A stretch of DNA of 64,000 nt from a virus. Under the pieces are notes generated by a model. It ran no database searches. It worked only from the letters and a program-made list of their open reading frames with translations, and was not told the DNA's origin. Below are positions 47,969 to 57,752 of this stretch, piece by piece (position 1 is the first letter of the stretch; each line of letters begins with the position of its first letter). A program made the translations under genes and the position numbers. The stretch lies in the IMG/VR virus record IMGVR_UViG_3300032242_003075, positions 25,883 through 89,882 of that record. One strand, given 5' to 3'.

Positions 47969-48466
47969 TTAATTTTCGCCAAGTTGTATTCCATACCTGA
48001 ATTTCTTTGGATCTATTCCTCCGTTCATGTCGACTTCGATTTCATACGGTCTTAATGGTAGAGTTCCGTAGGTGATGTCGATTCTATCGGTGAATGGTCC
48101 AACGTCGATTATCTCAATATCTTCGATTACTGGTTCTCCAGAAGGTCCATCATATTCATATTCGAATGTCATGGTCATGCTCTTAATCATTAAGTCAATG
48201 TCACCGATTCCGTAATTATCGTACACTGGGCTAACTTCGTAGTGAATTATTAAGCTCCTTAATATTAGATAGTCAACACTAGTTTCTTCAATCAGCCCCA
48301 TTCTCCTTAGTCTCTCAACGTTTGGGTCCTGGTCATTAATTATTTGACTAAGCAGCGTTGGCTCATCGACTGCATTAAGTTCACGAGAATCCAGTTCCAT
48401 TCTGAAATTATGTTCCTGCAATGACTCATTAATTACGAATCCCTTAAATGTTGCCGCTCTTATCAT
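47969..48466 (-). CDS. Hypothetical, putative head-internal protein
   Basis: TFKGFVINES leader and ERLRRMGL motif. Confidence 0.6.
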   Translation of the reverse strand: MIRAATFKGFVINESLQEHNFRMELDSRELNAVDEPTLLSQIINDQDPNVERLRRMGLIEETSVDYLILRSLIIHYEVSPVYDNYGIGDIDLMIKSMTMTFEYEYDGPSGEPVIEDIEIIDVGPFTDRIDITYGTLPLRPYEIEVDMNGGIDPKKFRYGIQLGEN

Positions 48467-48467
48467 C

Positions 48468-48785
48468 TTAGATTTTTGATTTTTTGCCAGTTGATTTTAA
48501 GGATTCCCATTGGTTAAAACGCACGATAACTCTTTCGCTAATTTGGTCGACAGATTCTCTTTCAATGTTGTCGTCGTACAGTCCAGGAATCACTCTTAAA
48601 GTTTGCCCGTTGATCTTAACTGGATGATCTAACTCAACCTCGAATCTATTGACCTGTGGCTGGTAGCTGTTTTGATAAATTTCGGTGATCGTCGCAGGCT
48701 GACCGTCTACTGCTTCTAATGTTTCATTTTGCATCTCTTCATCGCTGATTCGTAAAATGACCCTGTCTCCGATGTTAAATTCCAT
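48468..48785 (-). CDS. Small SH3-like beta-barrel protein
   Basis: F.IGDRV......G....ITEI.....FEVELD. Confidence 0.5.
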   Translation of the reverse strand: MEFNIGDRVILRISDEEMQNETLEAVDGQPATITEIYQNSYQPQVNRFEVELDHPVKINGQTLRVIPGLYDDNIERESVDQISERVIVRFNQWESLKSTGKKSKI

Positions 48786-49050
48786 GAGCTGCTTTATGTA
48801 TCTTTATTTTTAGGGTTCCTGTTCCTTTGATTAGCCTATGCCATTCATGTCTGGGAATTTCCGTAGTATTATTTAACGTTGACGGTAGAGCATTATCCAA
48901 TTGTATCATCCAATCAGTCTCTTCAATTGATTCAATCACCCTGGTCTCGTCGTCCCTATGCCATTTTAACTCAATTGGATCAATGTCCTGAGAAAATTCT
49001 CGAATGACGTATCCATTTTCCATTTCTGAGTCCGAGTAAATCTGCATCAC
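48775..49050 (-). CDS. Small cupin-like protein
   Basis: WHRD.E.R ... IP...WHRLIKG.G.L. Confidence 0.55.
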   Translation of the reverse strand: MMQIYSDSEMENGYVIREFSQDIDPIELKWHRDDETRVIESIEETDWMIQLDNALPSTLNNTTEIPRHEWHRLIKGTGTLKIKIHKAAHGI

Positions 49051-49547
49051 TTACTTGATCTGACCTTTTTAGCTAGGTCCTTGTCCGCCTTTCCCCAAGT
49101 TCCGCTGGACTTTGTGACGAACGAATTCACCCTTGCATGAGCCCAAGCCGTTTGGCTCTGTCCTGGCCTGTGTCCTGTTTTCCAGGCAGCCATTCCTCGA
49201 TTGAACACCTGCTTTAGAATTCCAAATGGAATGTTGTACTTTTTAGCCTTTTTCCTTAATGACTCATCTGCTGAGCTTGACTCATTTAGCCTAGTCCAGT
49301 CAGCGAAGCTGTACACCTGATTCTCACTCATTTCAGAGTTCACCTGTTTGGTGTATGAACTTTTGACTTTAGAACCTTTGAACTTTCCATCTTTCCCCAA
49401 GTCACCTGGCATTGGTTTATAAGCATTGGGCTCAGAGTCACTCATTTTTGCTTGATGTTTCATTTGGCTCTGCTTTTTATCCTTTTGGTCTTTGCTTAGG
49501 CCTTTAAAATAGGGGCCTGATCTGCCGGTTACCTTTGCTTCTTTCAT
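49047..49547 (-). CDS. Basic conserved viral protein, putative head protein
   Basis: L..V..RG.AAW..GHRPG.....WA.ARVNSF motif, which I recall from T4-like phages and large DNA viruses; internal SFADW..LNES. Confidence 0.6.
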   Translation of the reverse strand: MKEAKVTGRSGPYFKGLSKDQKDKKQSQMKHQAKMSDSEPNAYKPMPGDLGKDGKFKGSKVKSSYTKQVNSEMSENQVYSFADWTRLNESSSADESLRKKAKKYNIPFGILKQVFNRGMAAWKTGHRPGQSQTAWAHARVNSFVTKSSGTWGKADKDLAKKVRSSK

Positions 49548-49558
49548 TCTAAAGCTTT

Positions 49559-49846
49559 TTATTTTTTACTTAATTTTCTTTTTACTGCAGCTCTGACCTT
49601 TTCCATTTTACTAGCGTAACTTGGATTTGAATTTCGGTTAAACACGATTTGCTGGTTTAAACTGCCTGTGATCTTTCGCATATCACCGCCTCTCGTTCTA
49701 ATTAACCAATCAGCAAGAGCATTTATGCCAAGCTTTTTAAATTTGCCATGTGCGTCTGGTGAATTAGAATCATGCCAGTCAGGCGATCCTTCGGTCTTTT
49801 TCTTTTCAGAGACGTCGTATTGTTGGTAAGTCTTTAAGTACTTCAT
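49559..49846 (-). CDS. Small basic putative head-internal protein
   Basis: MKYLKTYQQY...E leader. Confidence 0.6.
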   Translation of the reverse strand: MKYLKTYQQYDVSEKKKTEGSPDWHDSNSPDAHGKFKKLGINALADWLIRTRGGDMRKITGSLNQQIVFNRNSNPSYASKMEKVRAAVKRKLSKK

Positions 49847-49847
49847 T

Positions 49848-50819
49848 TTACCAGAATCCTGGATAAGTTTTACCTCCCCATAGGTGAGCGTATCGATTTA
49901 TTCTGCAGGCCCAATAGCCAGCGGTCAATTTATCGTTTTTAAGATGACACTGATGCCTTGCTGCAAAGCTTTTTCTTGCCTTTGGGTCGCTGACCTTTGC
50001 TGTGAGTCCGCCGTGCACATCGCCGAATGCAATTTTTTTTACCTTTTTCGTCTTTGGGTTCATCACGTAAACATGATACTTCTTTTCTCCTCCCCTCATG
50101 GGCTTTCCAAGTTCAACAGTCTTATCATGATATTCTGCCTCAAACAGGAAGTCCAACGGTACGGTTTCACCAGAGTATTCACCAAATCGACCCAAATCAG
50201 TTTCTTCGAATAAGCGTTTATCGATTCCTTCCAGCAAAAGTTCTCCACTGTCAAATCTTTTTCTGGCTTCAAGTAACAGATCAAGGTGAGATTTGCTAGC
50301 TGGTCGATACACCGACTCGGCTATAGATAGTCCCTCATTAATGTGATACTTTAAACTTTCGGACATTGGGTCCAAGCTACGATCCGGAATTCTATCCCAT
50401 ACCTTTTGATTGTTCATTCCATTTCCCCTAGCTATTTGAGTTTCCAGGGCCATGTCCTTAAGGAAGATTAAGGCTAGTTCAACGTTTCCTTCGTCCATTT
50501 CGGATTGTACTATGTCAGCTGCACTATCCGTTAGCTTAACTCGATACACCACCGCCCATCTTTGTGCATTGTACTTGCACCTAATTTGCATCATGTTGAG
50601 ATATCCGCCGTACTCCTTTTTAATCGGATCTATTTGTCCAGTATCAGTAGTTAGTCCCATTCTATTGAGTCGATCTATCTGTTCGGATCTAGTTAGGTCA
50701 GGTTCCTTTATGAATGATTCAAGACCATCGCATGCAGCTATTCCGTAATACCAGCTTGTTGGTTCTTCGCCCCTTCTGGATTCGTTAAATTGAGTAAATT
50801 TTAGTACGTGACTCATCAC
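49848..50819 (-). CDS. Multidomain putative head protein
   Basis: LKFTQFNES leader, DRLNRMGL motif, C-terminal basic domain KKY.VYV...KK..FG...RKSF.ARH.C...AGYWAC. Confidence 0.6.
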   Translation of the reverse strand: MMSHVLKFTQFNESRRGEEPTSWYYGIAACDGLESFIKEPDLTRSEQIDRLNRMGLTTDTGQIDPIKKEYGGYLNMMQIRCKYNAQRWAVVYRVKLTDSAADIVQSEMDEGNVELALIFLKDMALETQIARGNGMNNQKVWDRIPDRSLDPMSESLKYHINEGLSIAESVYRPASKSHLDLLLEARKRFDSGELLLEGIDKRLFEETDLGRFGEYSGETVPLDFLFEAEYHDKTVELGKPMRGGEKKYHVYVMNPKTKKVKKIAFGDVHGGLTAKVSDPKARKSFAARHQCHLKNDKLTAGYWACRINRYAHLWGGKTYPGFW

Positions 50820-50825
50820 TTTTAG

Positions 50826-51248
50826 TTAATTAAGTTTCTCCAAGGATCCACCGCACTTACATTTTCTATCCTCAGCAACGTCCTGTTGTCTGTAAGCGGT
50901 TCCGCATTTATTGCACTTATGATTCATTCCAGCTTCATAAATCGGATTCTCGGTCATTTCTCCAATTAAGAAATTTGCAACTTCCTCGACATCATCCTTT
51001 GACGTTGCTATGTGGTCTACCGCCCAGTTATGACCGTTTCGTAGAAGCTCGTCCACCTTTTTTGGATCCATTTTTAACACAATTCCGGTTAGTCTATGTA
51101 TTGTTTCAAGATCTCCAAAAAACATGTAGTTCTCAACTCGGTGATGATCTTCATGTCTGATTCCCGGTTCTTGCATTTGCATTTCTTGATCGGTGATTGA
51201 TTCTTCATGATGATTCATGAAATTTTCAAATGTTTTAATTAATTGCAT
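50826..51248 (-). CDS. Putative head-internal protein with C-terminal Zn ribbon
   Basis: MQLIKTFENF leader; CNKCG...CKCGG. Confidence 0.6.
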   Translation of the reverse strand: MQLIKTFENFMNHHEESITDQEMQMQEPGIRHEDHHRVENYMFFGDLETIHRLTGIVLKMDPKKVDELLRNGHNWAVDHIATSKDDVEEVANFLIGEMTENPIYEAGMNHKCNKCGTAYRQQDVAEDRKCKCGGSLEKLN

Positions 51249-51256
51249 CTCTATTA

Positions 51257-52813
51257 TTATTTTATTTTTTGTTCCCTTACGAAGTCCATGAAACCTAGGA
51301 CCGCTGATTTTTTCTTTTTCTTGCCAAATGATCCAATTGATGAGAATTTATCACCTGAACCCAAGGTCGTTGCTGTCGGCGGAGTGATTGGGCCCATTGA
51401 TCCAATCGATCCAGGCGATTGCATGCTTGCTCCTGGTGAAACGCTTGCTGATGATCCTCCCATGTCTTCCGACACCAGAGTTGACTTTGGTTTGTCCACT
51501 ATTGAAGTGTCCATAATGAACATTCTTGAAATTGCATCAGCTTTCATCTCTCCCTCTCTGCCTCCAATCAACTTACCTATTGCCATTGCCGTCGAGTTTA
51601 AAGTTTTTGAGTACAGTTTATTTAGGTGCTCACCTGTTCTAGCGAATGCCTGTTCCTCCGGTGTTGTCGGAGCGGAACCTGCCCCAATTAAAAGACTTAG
51701 AACTTCCTGTGCAGCTTTTCTGAACTTCATGATTCTTGAATCGTCGGCTATCTGTTTTCCGGTTACCGGTAGAGCAGTTCGTTGATACAGAGGCAGCTTC
51801 TTTTTAAAATCATAGTGAATTCCTTTGAACTTAGCCGTGTCGAACTGTGAACTTTTGATTCTAGCTATTAATTCTTCCTGGATCTTGTCCACTAATTTAT
51901 ACAAGTATGCCTTACCCTCAGCTGAAATTTCCGGATATGTGTTAATGCTCGTTCTGATCGAATCGGCCTCGTTTCTGACGTCCTTTTCGTTGGTCCATGG
52001 GGTGTATTGAAATTCAAAGATACGTTTCATTAGGGCTGCAACATTCGGACTTATCATGATGCCGCTTCTAATGTCCTGAGTTCTTTCCTTTCCAAGTTCC
52101 CTTTCGACCTGAGCCGTGTAGAACGTATCGACAGAGTCGATCGCTTCCTTAAAATCATCACCGTAATTTGAGGTGATCTCGCTTGAATTCTGTATTTCCG
52201 AGAACAGATCCTCAGCCGCAGCTTCCTTGTTCTCCTGAGTATCAGCTTTTTGAAAATCTTCGAACGCTGATTTTACGTTCTCCGAAGCCATTTTGACCGG
52301 TAAAGCCCTAGACCGTATGAGCTCGTCCTTGACCCTCTTAATTTCTCTTAGTATTTCATCGGTGATCGGCTCGTTTGATGTTGACTTTAAAGTTTCGTAA
52401 ATTTGATCAAGTACTTCAAGCCTGGCCGCGATCATGATGATCTTATCCTGAATCGCATTAATCCTGGCCGAATTGCTCGGCTTCTTCTTAAACTCTTCCC
52501 TTAGTTGGGCCTCGTACGATTTAAACCTCTCAGTTAAGTACTTAAAGTAATTGGTAATTGCGATTTTTATCTTTGGGTTAATGAATACTCTGGTGAAAAT
52601 CGGGTCCTTTAACTTTTGGGTTAAATCGTCCTTGTCCAAGCTTAATAACCAGTCAAATATTTGGTCAAGTTTTTCGTAATCGCCGGTCTCATCGCTTGAT
52701 CCTCCGTTTTCAACGTGTGAGATGATCTCTCCAAGACCATCGCCTATCTGAATCAGATCGGTCTCTAGGATCAAATTCTGTATTTCTTGTAGTTTTTTAA
52801 CCTTTAAAAACAT
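51257..52813 (-). CDS. Hypothetical helical protein
   Basis: Long ORF; C-terminal GSGD and VLGFMDFVRE. Confidence 0.6.
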   Translation of the reverse strand: MFLKVKKLQEIQNLILETDLIQIGDGLGEIISHVENGGSSDETGDYEKLDQIFDWLLSLDKDDLTQKLKDPIFTRVFINPKIKIAITNYFKYLTERFKSYEAQLREEFKKKPSNSARINAIQDKIIMIAARLEVLDQIYETLKSTSNEPITDEILREIKRVKDELIRSRALPVKMASENVKSAFEDFQKADTQENKEAAAEDLFSEIQNSSEITSNYGDDFKEAIDSVDTFYTAQVERELGKERTQDIRSGIMISPNVAALMKRIFEFQYTPWTNEKDVRNEADSIRTSINTYPEISAEGKAYLYKLVDKIQEELIARIKSSQFDTAKFKGIHYDFKKKLPLYQRTALPVTGKQIADDSRIMKFRKAAQEVLSLLIGAGSAPTTPEEQAFARTGEHLNKLYSKTLNSTAMAIGKLIGGREGEMKADAISRMFIMDTSIVDKPKSTLVSEDMGGSSASVSPGASMQSPGSIGSMGPITPPTATTLGSGDKFSSIGSFGKKKKKSAVLGFMDFVREQKIK

Positions 52814-52814
52814 G

Positions 52815-52997
52815 TTACGATTTGCGAAATTTTTGTCGTTTTTGCCATTCCGAAAATGGCGTTACCCAAAAATTTCTTTCAATATTTTTCTGCAAGAAAT
52901 CGTATACATCATTTCCGGCCGGATGTTGGCGTACAGCGTTCTTAAGTGGTTCCTTGCCTTTGCTATAATTCTCTATGTTCTTGTTGCTTTTTTCCAT
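52815..52997 (-). CDS. Small hypothetical protein
   Basis: First gene after late promoter AATAAATAA (53003-53011). Confidence 0.5.
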   Translation of the reverse strand: MEKSNKNIENYSKGKEPLKNAVRQHPAGNDVYDFLQKNIERNFWVTPFSEWQKRQKFRKS

Positions 52998-53044
52998 CTA
53001 AATTATTTATTCATGAGTGGATCTCTCTGTTTGGCTACCAATTT

Positions 53045-53073
53045 AAAACTTTATTGTTCTTAGCAAATATAAT
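53045..53073 (+). promoter_or_regulatory. Putative early/middle promoter AAAAC-N18-TATAAT
   Basis: Recurrent bipartite motif. Confidence 0.55.
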
Positions 53074-53099
53074 TAAATAGTATTAAACTCATTAACTTA

Positions 53100-54671
53100 G
53101 TGAAATTTGAAGATATAGGTCAAGACGAAACCTCCCACATATCCCAAGTGTATTGGAATAAACAGTTAACGTGGGACCACCGGTTAAAGATTCTTAGTGA
53201 GTATTTAGGTAAATCAGAACGAACCGTTACTAAGTGGCTGGCTAAACTCGGAATCACCGAGAGTTCTGCTCCAGAATCTCCTCAGCTGGTTAAAGCTCGA
53301 GAAAAGAAGTTCAATAAAAAGCGCAAGCGATTCCTAATCACATGGTGTCAAAATGATACGCCGGTTCATGAACCTTTCATTTGTAACCTTGAGAAATACG
53401 CTGAATCGATAGACGCTGACATTCATGTAATTGCTGGAAGGTACCGAAACCCGACTTCAATATTTACGGATAAGAACTACGAGACTTGGGACGACAGAAT
53501 CTTGGATTACCTGGACGCTAATCGGCATGAAGTTCATAAGCACATGTGGATCATGTCGGACGTTAAGATTCAGCCAACCGCTACCAATCCAATGAGCGGC
53601 CTACAGGGAATGAGCGGACTAAATTCATGCGTGTTCGGTTCGCCAAAGGTTCACCTAGAAATGATTCCAGTTCTTGAGGATACCTTACCTAAGATGATGT
53701 TAACCACCGGTGCATGCACTCCAAAGAATTACACGGATTCAAAGGCCGGTAAAAAGGGAGAATTTCATCACACAATAGGATTCGTCATCGTTGAGATTAA
53801 GGATTCCAACGTATTTTTCGCTCGACAGGTCACAGCCACCGATGATGGTAACTTCACGGATCTTTACAATAAGGTCGAATACGATCCGTTAACCAATATC
53901 AGCTCTGTAACTCGAGTTAAAACGTTAGCTGCTGCAGTTCTTGGAGACATTCATTACGGACAACACGACGAAAGAGTCATAGATAGGACTCTAGAGCTAT
54001 TCGACAAGGTTAAGCCCGATCACGTTATCCTACATGATGTGTTTGACGGACTGTCAATAAATCACCATGAGACAAAGGATCCTTTTATACAGTACCAGCG
54101 TGAGGTTGACGGCACTAATTCTTTAAAAAGAGAAATTAACGAGATGCTAACCGGTCTGGATAAATTTAAGGGATATAACGTCACAGTTGTGAGAAGCAAT
54201 CACGATGATTTCTTGGACAGGTGGTTAAAGTTAACCGACTGGCGAAAGGCATCAACCTTAAAGAATTCCCTAGAATACATGGAATACGCATCCCTACTAC
54301 TTAGGGGAGTTGCACCAAACGGAGTCATACCGTATCTAATCAATCAGAAATTTCCAAAGTTTAGGACCTTGGGTAGAAGCGATAGCTTTGTCGTTAAGGG
54401 TTGGGAACTTGCCCAACATGGAGACATTGGAGCAAACGGCTCAAGGGGATCATTATTACAATTTAGGACCCTGAATACCAAGATAATAGTCGCACATTAT
54501 CATTCTCCAGGTCGTAAGGACGGAGCATTAGCGGTTGGAACCTCCACCAAGCTAAGGGTTAATTACAACATCGGCCCCAGTAGTTGGTTACAGTCTCACG
54601 TGATAATTCATCAGGACGGAAAGGCCCAGCACATAAATTTTATCAAGGGCGAATTCACAACTCTCACATAA
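53100..54671 (+). CDS. T5 A1-like metallophosphoesterase/nuclease with N-terminal HTH
   Basis: GD.H.G, HD.FDG.S.NHH, SNHD, QHGD.G.NGSRG, H.HSP; TTGA.T..NY...KAG.K.EFHH. Confidence 0.72.
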   Translation: MKFEDIGQDETSHISQVYWNKQLTWDHRLKILSEYLGKSERTVTKWLAKLGITESSAPESPQLVKAREKKFNKKRKRFLITWCQNDTPVHEPFICNLEKYAESIDADIHVIAGRYRNPTSIFTDKNYETWDDRILDYLDANRHEVHKHMWIMSDVKIQPTATNPMSGLQGMSGLNSCVFGSPKVHLEMIPVLEDTLPKMMLTTGACTPKNYTDSKAGKKGEFHHTIGFVIVEIKDSNVFFARQVTATDDGNFTDLYNKVEYDPLTNISSVTRVKTLAAAVLGDIHYGQHDERVIDRTLELFDKVKPDHVILHDVFDGLSINHHETKDPFIQYQREVDGTNSLKREINEMLTGLDKFKGYNVTVVRSNHDDFLDRWLKLTDWRKASTLKNSLEYMEYASLLLRGVAPNGVIPYLINQKFPKFRTLGRSDSFVVKGWELAQHGDIGANGSRGSLLQFRTLNTKIIVAHYHSPGRKDGALAVGTSTKLRVNYNIGPSSWLQSHVIIHQDGKAQHINFIKGEFTTLT

Positions 54672-54697
54672 AAAAAGCTCCTTATGGAGCTTTTTTT
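54670..54697. terminator. Bidirectional terminator
   Basis: A7-gctcc-ttat-ggagc-T7. Confidence 0.85.
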
Positions 54698-56558
54698 ATG
54701 GTTCAACCTGGATGTTAGGCTTTGGCCTTTCCGGCTCTGGCTTGTCCAGGATAATTGATTCATTGATTATGCCTTCTCCCAACGACTCAGTTAGATCCTT
54801 ATTTAGATTATAGAATTCCGAATGCATTTGCACCGGGGTGAATTGCTTATAGGTTCCAAAATCCTTTTTTTGGATTGATGATAGTATGGTGTCTCCCGTT
54901 GAGCTGGTAGGTACCTCAATTAGTTTTGTGCCTCGCTTGATGTTTAGGTTACGCGACCTTTTTCTGGCAAGCTCAAGTTGCAGGGCCAGATCCCTGATTC
55001 TGCTAGGTTCCGCTGCTATCGTTGACGGTTCAAAGTTAGGCTTTATTGCCTTAAGTATTGTTTCTATGTTACCGTCATCGATCATTACGTGTCCAGCAAT
55101 CGATTGAGAATCGCTTGCTGTTATTTTATTCAGAACATTGTTCATGGTCTCCGTTTTGAACGGATACATCTTGCTGGTTTTTCCTGGATGAATGCACACC
55201 AATAAAGTAGGTAGACCTGTCTTTTCGGATAGGCGCTTTGCGTTCTTTATGTGACCGTTATGAATTGGCTGAAATTCCGAAAGTAATAAATTTACCTTTT
55301 TTACCTTACGGGCTTCATCCGCACCAACGTCATAAGTTTCAAAATATCCAGGTTCCCTATCGTCCCCAACAAACTCATTAAAGCTTGGAAAGTAATTTTC
55401 AAACACTCGATCATCTGCTACTGCTGCATAAAGCCTCTGAATTTGGTTAACCAGATTAACCTTCATCGAGTCGGTGAATAATTGAGAATTAACCTTCACC
55501 TTTTTCTTTCTGAAAACGTTAATGAATATTCTGTATATTTCCTTATAGTTTGAATTTGCTCTAATCAAGTCAATCACCATTGGATCTGTTATTAGGTCCT
55601 GGTTAACGTCGAATTCCGGCTGTTTTAGGAATTCAGGAACCTGAATCTCCAGGTCGTTGTACTTATCTCCGTAATCATGAATGAATTCGACGAATAGGTG
55701 ATTCAGCAAGGAAATGAATCTTTCCTCCTGATTCTCCCCAGTTACGGTAAAGCTTCTAAGTTGGGAGTTTCGGTAACTTTCAATGAAGTTCATTAGGTCA
55801 ATCACGATTATCCAAATGTAATCATCGCTACGCTTAATGGGTCCGTTAATCGATACGTGCTTGGCCGCATCGTAGAAAACTGGATCGACTAGCTTGGCAA
55901 GTATCAAATTATCCTCCATTCCAGGATCGTCGGTGAACCTAAATACAATCTCCTCAATCTCCCTGTCATCCGGCGAATTAATTTCCTCGGTCAGAGTTGG
56001 ATTGAGCACGGACATGATGTGTTTCGTGAATGACTGGGTCTTAAATCTTTCGACTAAGTTTTGAAGAGGTGTGAATACGAATTCCTGAATTTTTACCTTT
56101 TGATCGTCTGTCAACTTACCCTGAAATAGGATGTTTGGTGGATTAACCTGAAGCAATTCTGCCCATTTATTAAGTTCGTCACGTTCGTGAATCATTTTAA
56201 CAGCCTGAAAATTTTCGTCCAATACCTTAATGTGAGTTAAGGTTATTGGATTGCTTCGGCCAGGTCGATAGTCCATTCCGAAAACGTAATTCTCGGGGAC
56301 CTGTGATATTACAGTAGGTTCAATATTCTCAAAATGTCGTATACCTTGCTCATAGTATCCACTAAGAACGCGGTCGATGTAACCGATCTTACTGTCCTTT
56401 TTAAAGAGGTTAAACTTATTTTCCTTTTCGTCCCTTTTCGCGCCAAAGAATGCGCCATCGCTCTTTTCATTGATGATAACTGACTTATTTAAAATGTTTT
56501 CTAAAAAATCCTTTCCACGTTTTTCGTAAACGTCTCTTAAATGCGATAGCCCTGCCAT
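54696..56558 (-). CDS. RNA-ligase-like nucleotidyltransferase fused to HxGH (cytidylyltransferase/NMNAT-like) domain
   Basis: Motif I EKSDG, P..LFQG, E.IVFR, AKLV; C-terminal domain FQP.HNGH. Confidence 0.65.
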   Translation of the reverse strand: MAGLSHLRDVYEKRGKDFLENILNKSVIINEKSDGAFFGAKRDEKENKFNLFKKDSKIGYIDRVLSGYYEQGIRHFENIEPTVISQVPENYVFGMDYRPGRSNPITLTHIKVLDENFQAVKMIHERDELNKWAELLQVNPPNILFQGKLTDDQKVKIQEFVFTPLQNLVERFKTQSFTKHIMSVLNPTLTEEINSPDDREIEEIVFRFTDDPGMEDNLILAKLVDPVFYDAAKHVSINGPIKRSDDYIWIIVIDLMNFIESYRNSQLRSFTVTGENQEERFISLLNHLFVEFIHDYGDKYNDLEIQVPEFLKQPEFDVNQDLITDPMVIDLIRANSNYKEIYRIFINVFRKKKVKVNSQLFTDSMKVNLVNQIQRLYAAVADDRVFENYFPSFNEFVGDDREPGYFETYDVGADEARKVKKVNLLLSEFQPIHNGHIKNAKRLSEKTGLPTLLVCIHPGKTSKMYPFKTETMNNVLNKITASDSQSIAGHVMIDDGNIETILKAIKPNFEPSTIAAEPSRIRDLALQLELARKRSRNLNIKRGTKLIEVPTSSTGDTILSSIQKKDFGTYKQFTPVQMHSEFYNLNKDLTESLGEGIINESIILDKPEPERPKPNIQVEP

Positions 56559-56563
56559 GTTGT

Positions 56564-57172
56564 TTATTTATTAGGCTTAATTCCCAATAGCTTGTAGCAC
56601 TCGTGATTAAACGAGGCCACCGAGGATTCATCGAATTGATTAATCACCCTTCCGATTAAGTTATTTTTAGACGAGTTAGCTAATTCAGTTGATCCCAACT
56701 CGGCCAATTGAGTCATTATTGAAAGCTCCTCGCTGGTCGAATGAGCTGCATCCCATAGGTCCTTTGACCTGATCAAGTCGTCCGTTTGTCCATTGACTGA
56801 AACTAGTAAGGTCCTGTAATTTGAGAATAAGTCAGACCCTAATAGGTTCAGGTATTCTGATCGAGCTACATCATCGGTCAATCGATTTCTTAGTATTGCC
56901 CAGGTGTAAGCTGATAGAATTGCTCTATCAAATATCCAAATCTTGTCCCTGTATTCCGGCCTAAGATTCATTTCCATGATGGTCATGATGTTTCCAAGGC
57001 TGTAATAGTGTAAGGCTGGCGTTCGATCAAGGCTCTGAAGGCCCAAAGATTTGACGCGATCAGCAAAGTAAAATTTATAGTACTCAACCCTTGGATCATT
57101 ACATTCCTCAAGGAACTTGTTTATTAAAAAGGTCTTACCTGATCCCCTAGGCCCCTCTATTTGTAGTATCAT
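56564..57172 (-). CDS. P-loop nucleotide kinase (dNMP kinase-like)
   Basis: IEGPRGSGKT Walker A; IFDR...S. Confidence 0.7.
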   Translation of the reverse strand: MILQIEGPRGSGKTFLINKFLEECNDPRVEYYKFYFADRVKSLGLQSLDRTPALHYYSLGNIMTIMEMNLRPEYRDKIWIFDRAILSAYTWAILRNRLTDDVARSEYLNLLGSDLFSNYRTLLVSVNGQTDDLIRSKDLWDAAHSTSEELSIMTQLAELGSTELANSSKNNLIGRVINQFDESSVASFNHECYKLLGIKPNK

Positions 57173-57699
57173 GATAGCCTTAATTTATCAACCTGAACAT
57201 CATTTGCTAGGACCTTTGCCGTTTCCCAATCGATCGTAATGATTCTACTTTTATCAACAAAAACGAATTCAACCTTAGCCTTCATCTCTGATTTTACGAA
57301 ATGCAAGGTGTATTTGATTACTTCCCATAGGGAATCCTCAAATATCGTGATTGATTCTGCATCGTTCTCGGAGATTAGAGAGCTCACAAGCTCAGCCTTT
57401 TCTGAACCTCTTCCCAATAGGTAACACTTGTCAAATTCTATTTCGTGATTTCTCAGAATTTCAAGGACTCTATCCTCACATTCTTTCACCCTATGGGTTA
57501 CCAGGTAGTTTGAGTATGCGTCCCTTGTTCGGTCAATGATGTTTCCTATTCCAACGATATTTAGGCTCTCAGATAGTGAGACTGGTGAATCAAACCATTC
57601 GTAAGGGGTCATTCCCCTTGCTTCACTGCACGTGTATCCAGGTACCCTAAATAGGGTCTCATCAAAGTCAAATACGTTAATGTGTAAGCCTTTCTGCAT
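57169..57699 (-). CDS. HAD-superfamily phosphatase
   Basis: VFDFDETLF, LVT.R, K, IFEDS. Confidence 0.75.
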   Translation of the reverse strand: MQKGLHINVFDFDETLFRVPGYTCSEARGMTPYEWFDSPVSLSESLNIVGIGNIIDRTRDAYSNYLVTHRVKECEDRVLEILRNHEIEFDKCYLLGRGSEKAELVSSLISENDAESITIFEDSLWEVIKYTLHFVKSEMKAKVEFVFVDKSRIITIDWETAKVLANDVQVDKLRLS

Positions 57700-57705
57700 G
57701 CAAGT

Positions 57706-57734
57706 ATTTTACTGATAAATAAACCAGTAGTTTT
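57706..57734 (-). promoter_or_regulatory. AAAAC-N18-TAAAAT promoter overlapping a divergent late promoter (GATAAATA, + strand, 57714-57721)
   Basis: Both motifs lie within the 53-bp divergent intergenic region. Confidence 0.5.
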
Positions 57735-57752
57735 ACCTAAACCACTTTAATT

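Noticed and set aside
52812-53063. 83-aa hydrophobic + strand ORF as a holin
   Set aside because: It overlaps a - strand gene that has a late promoter and fits the operon; the hydrophobicity is probably an antisense artefact of Lys/Asn/Glu codons
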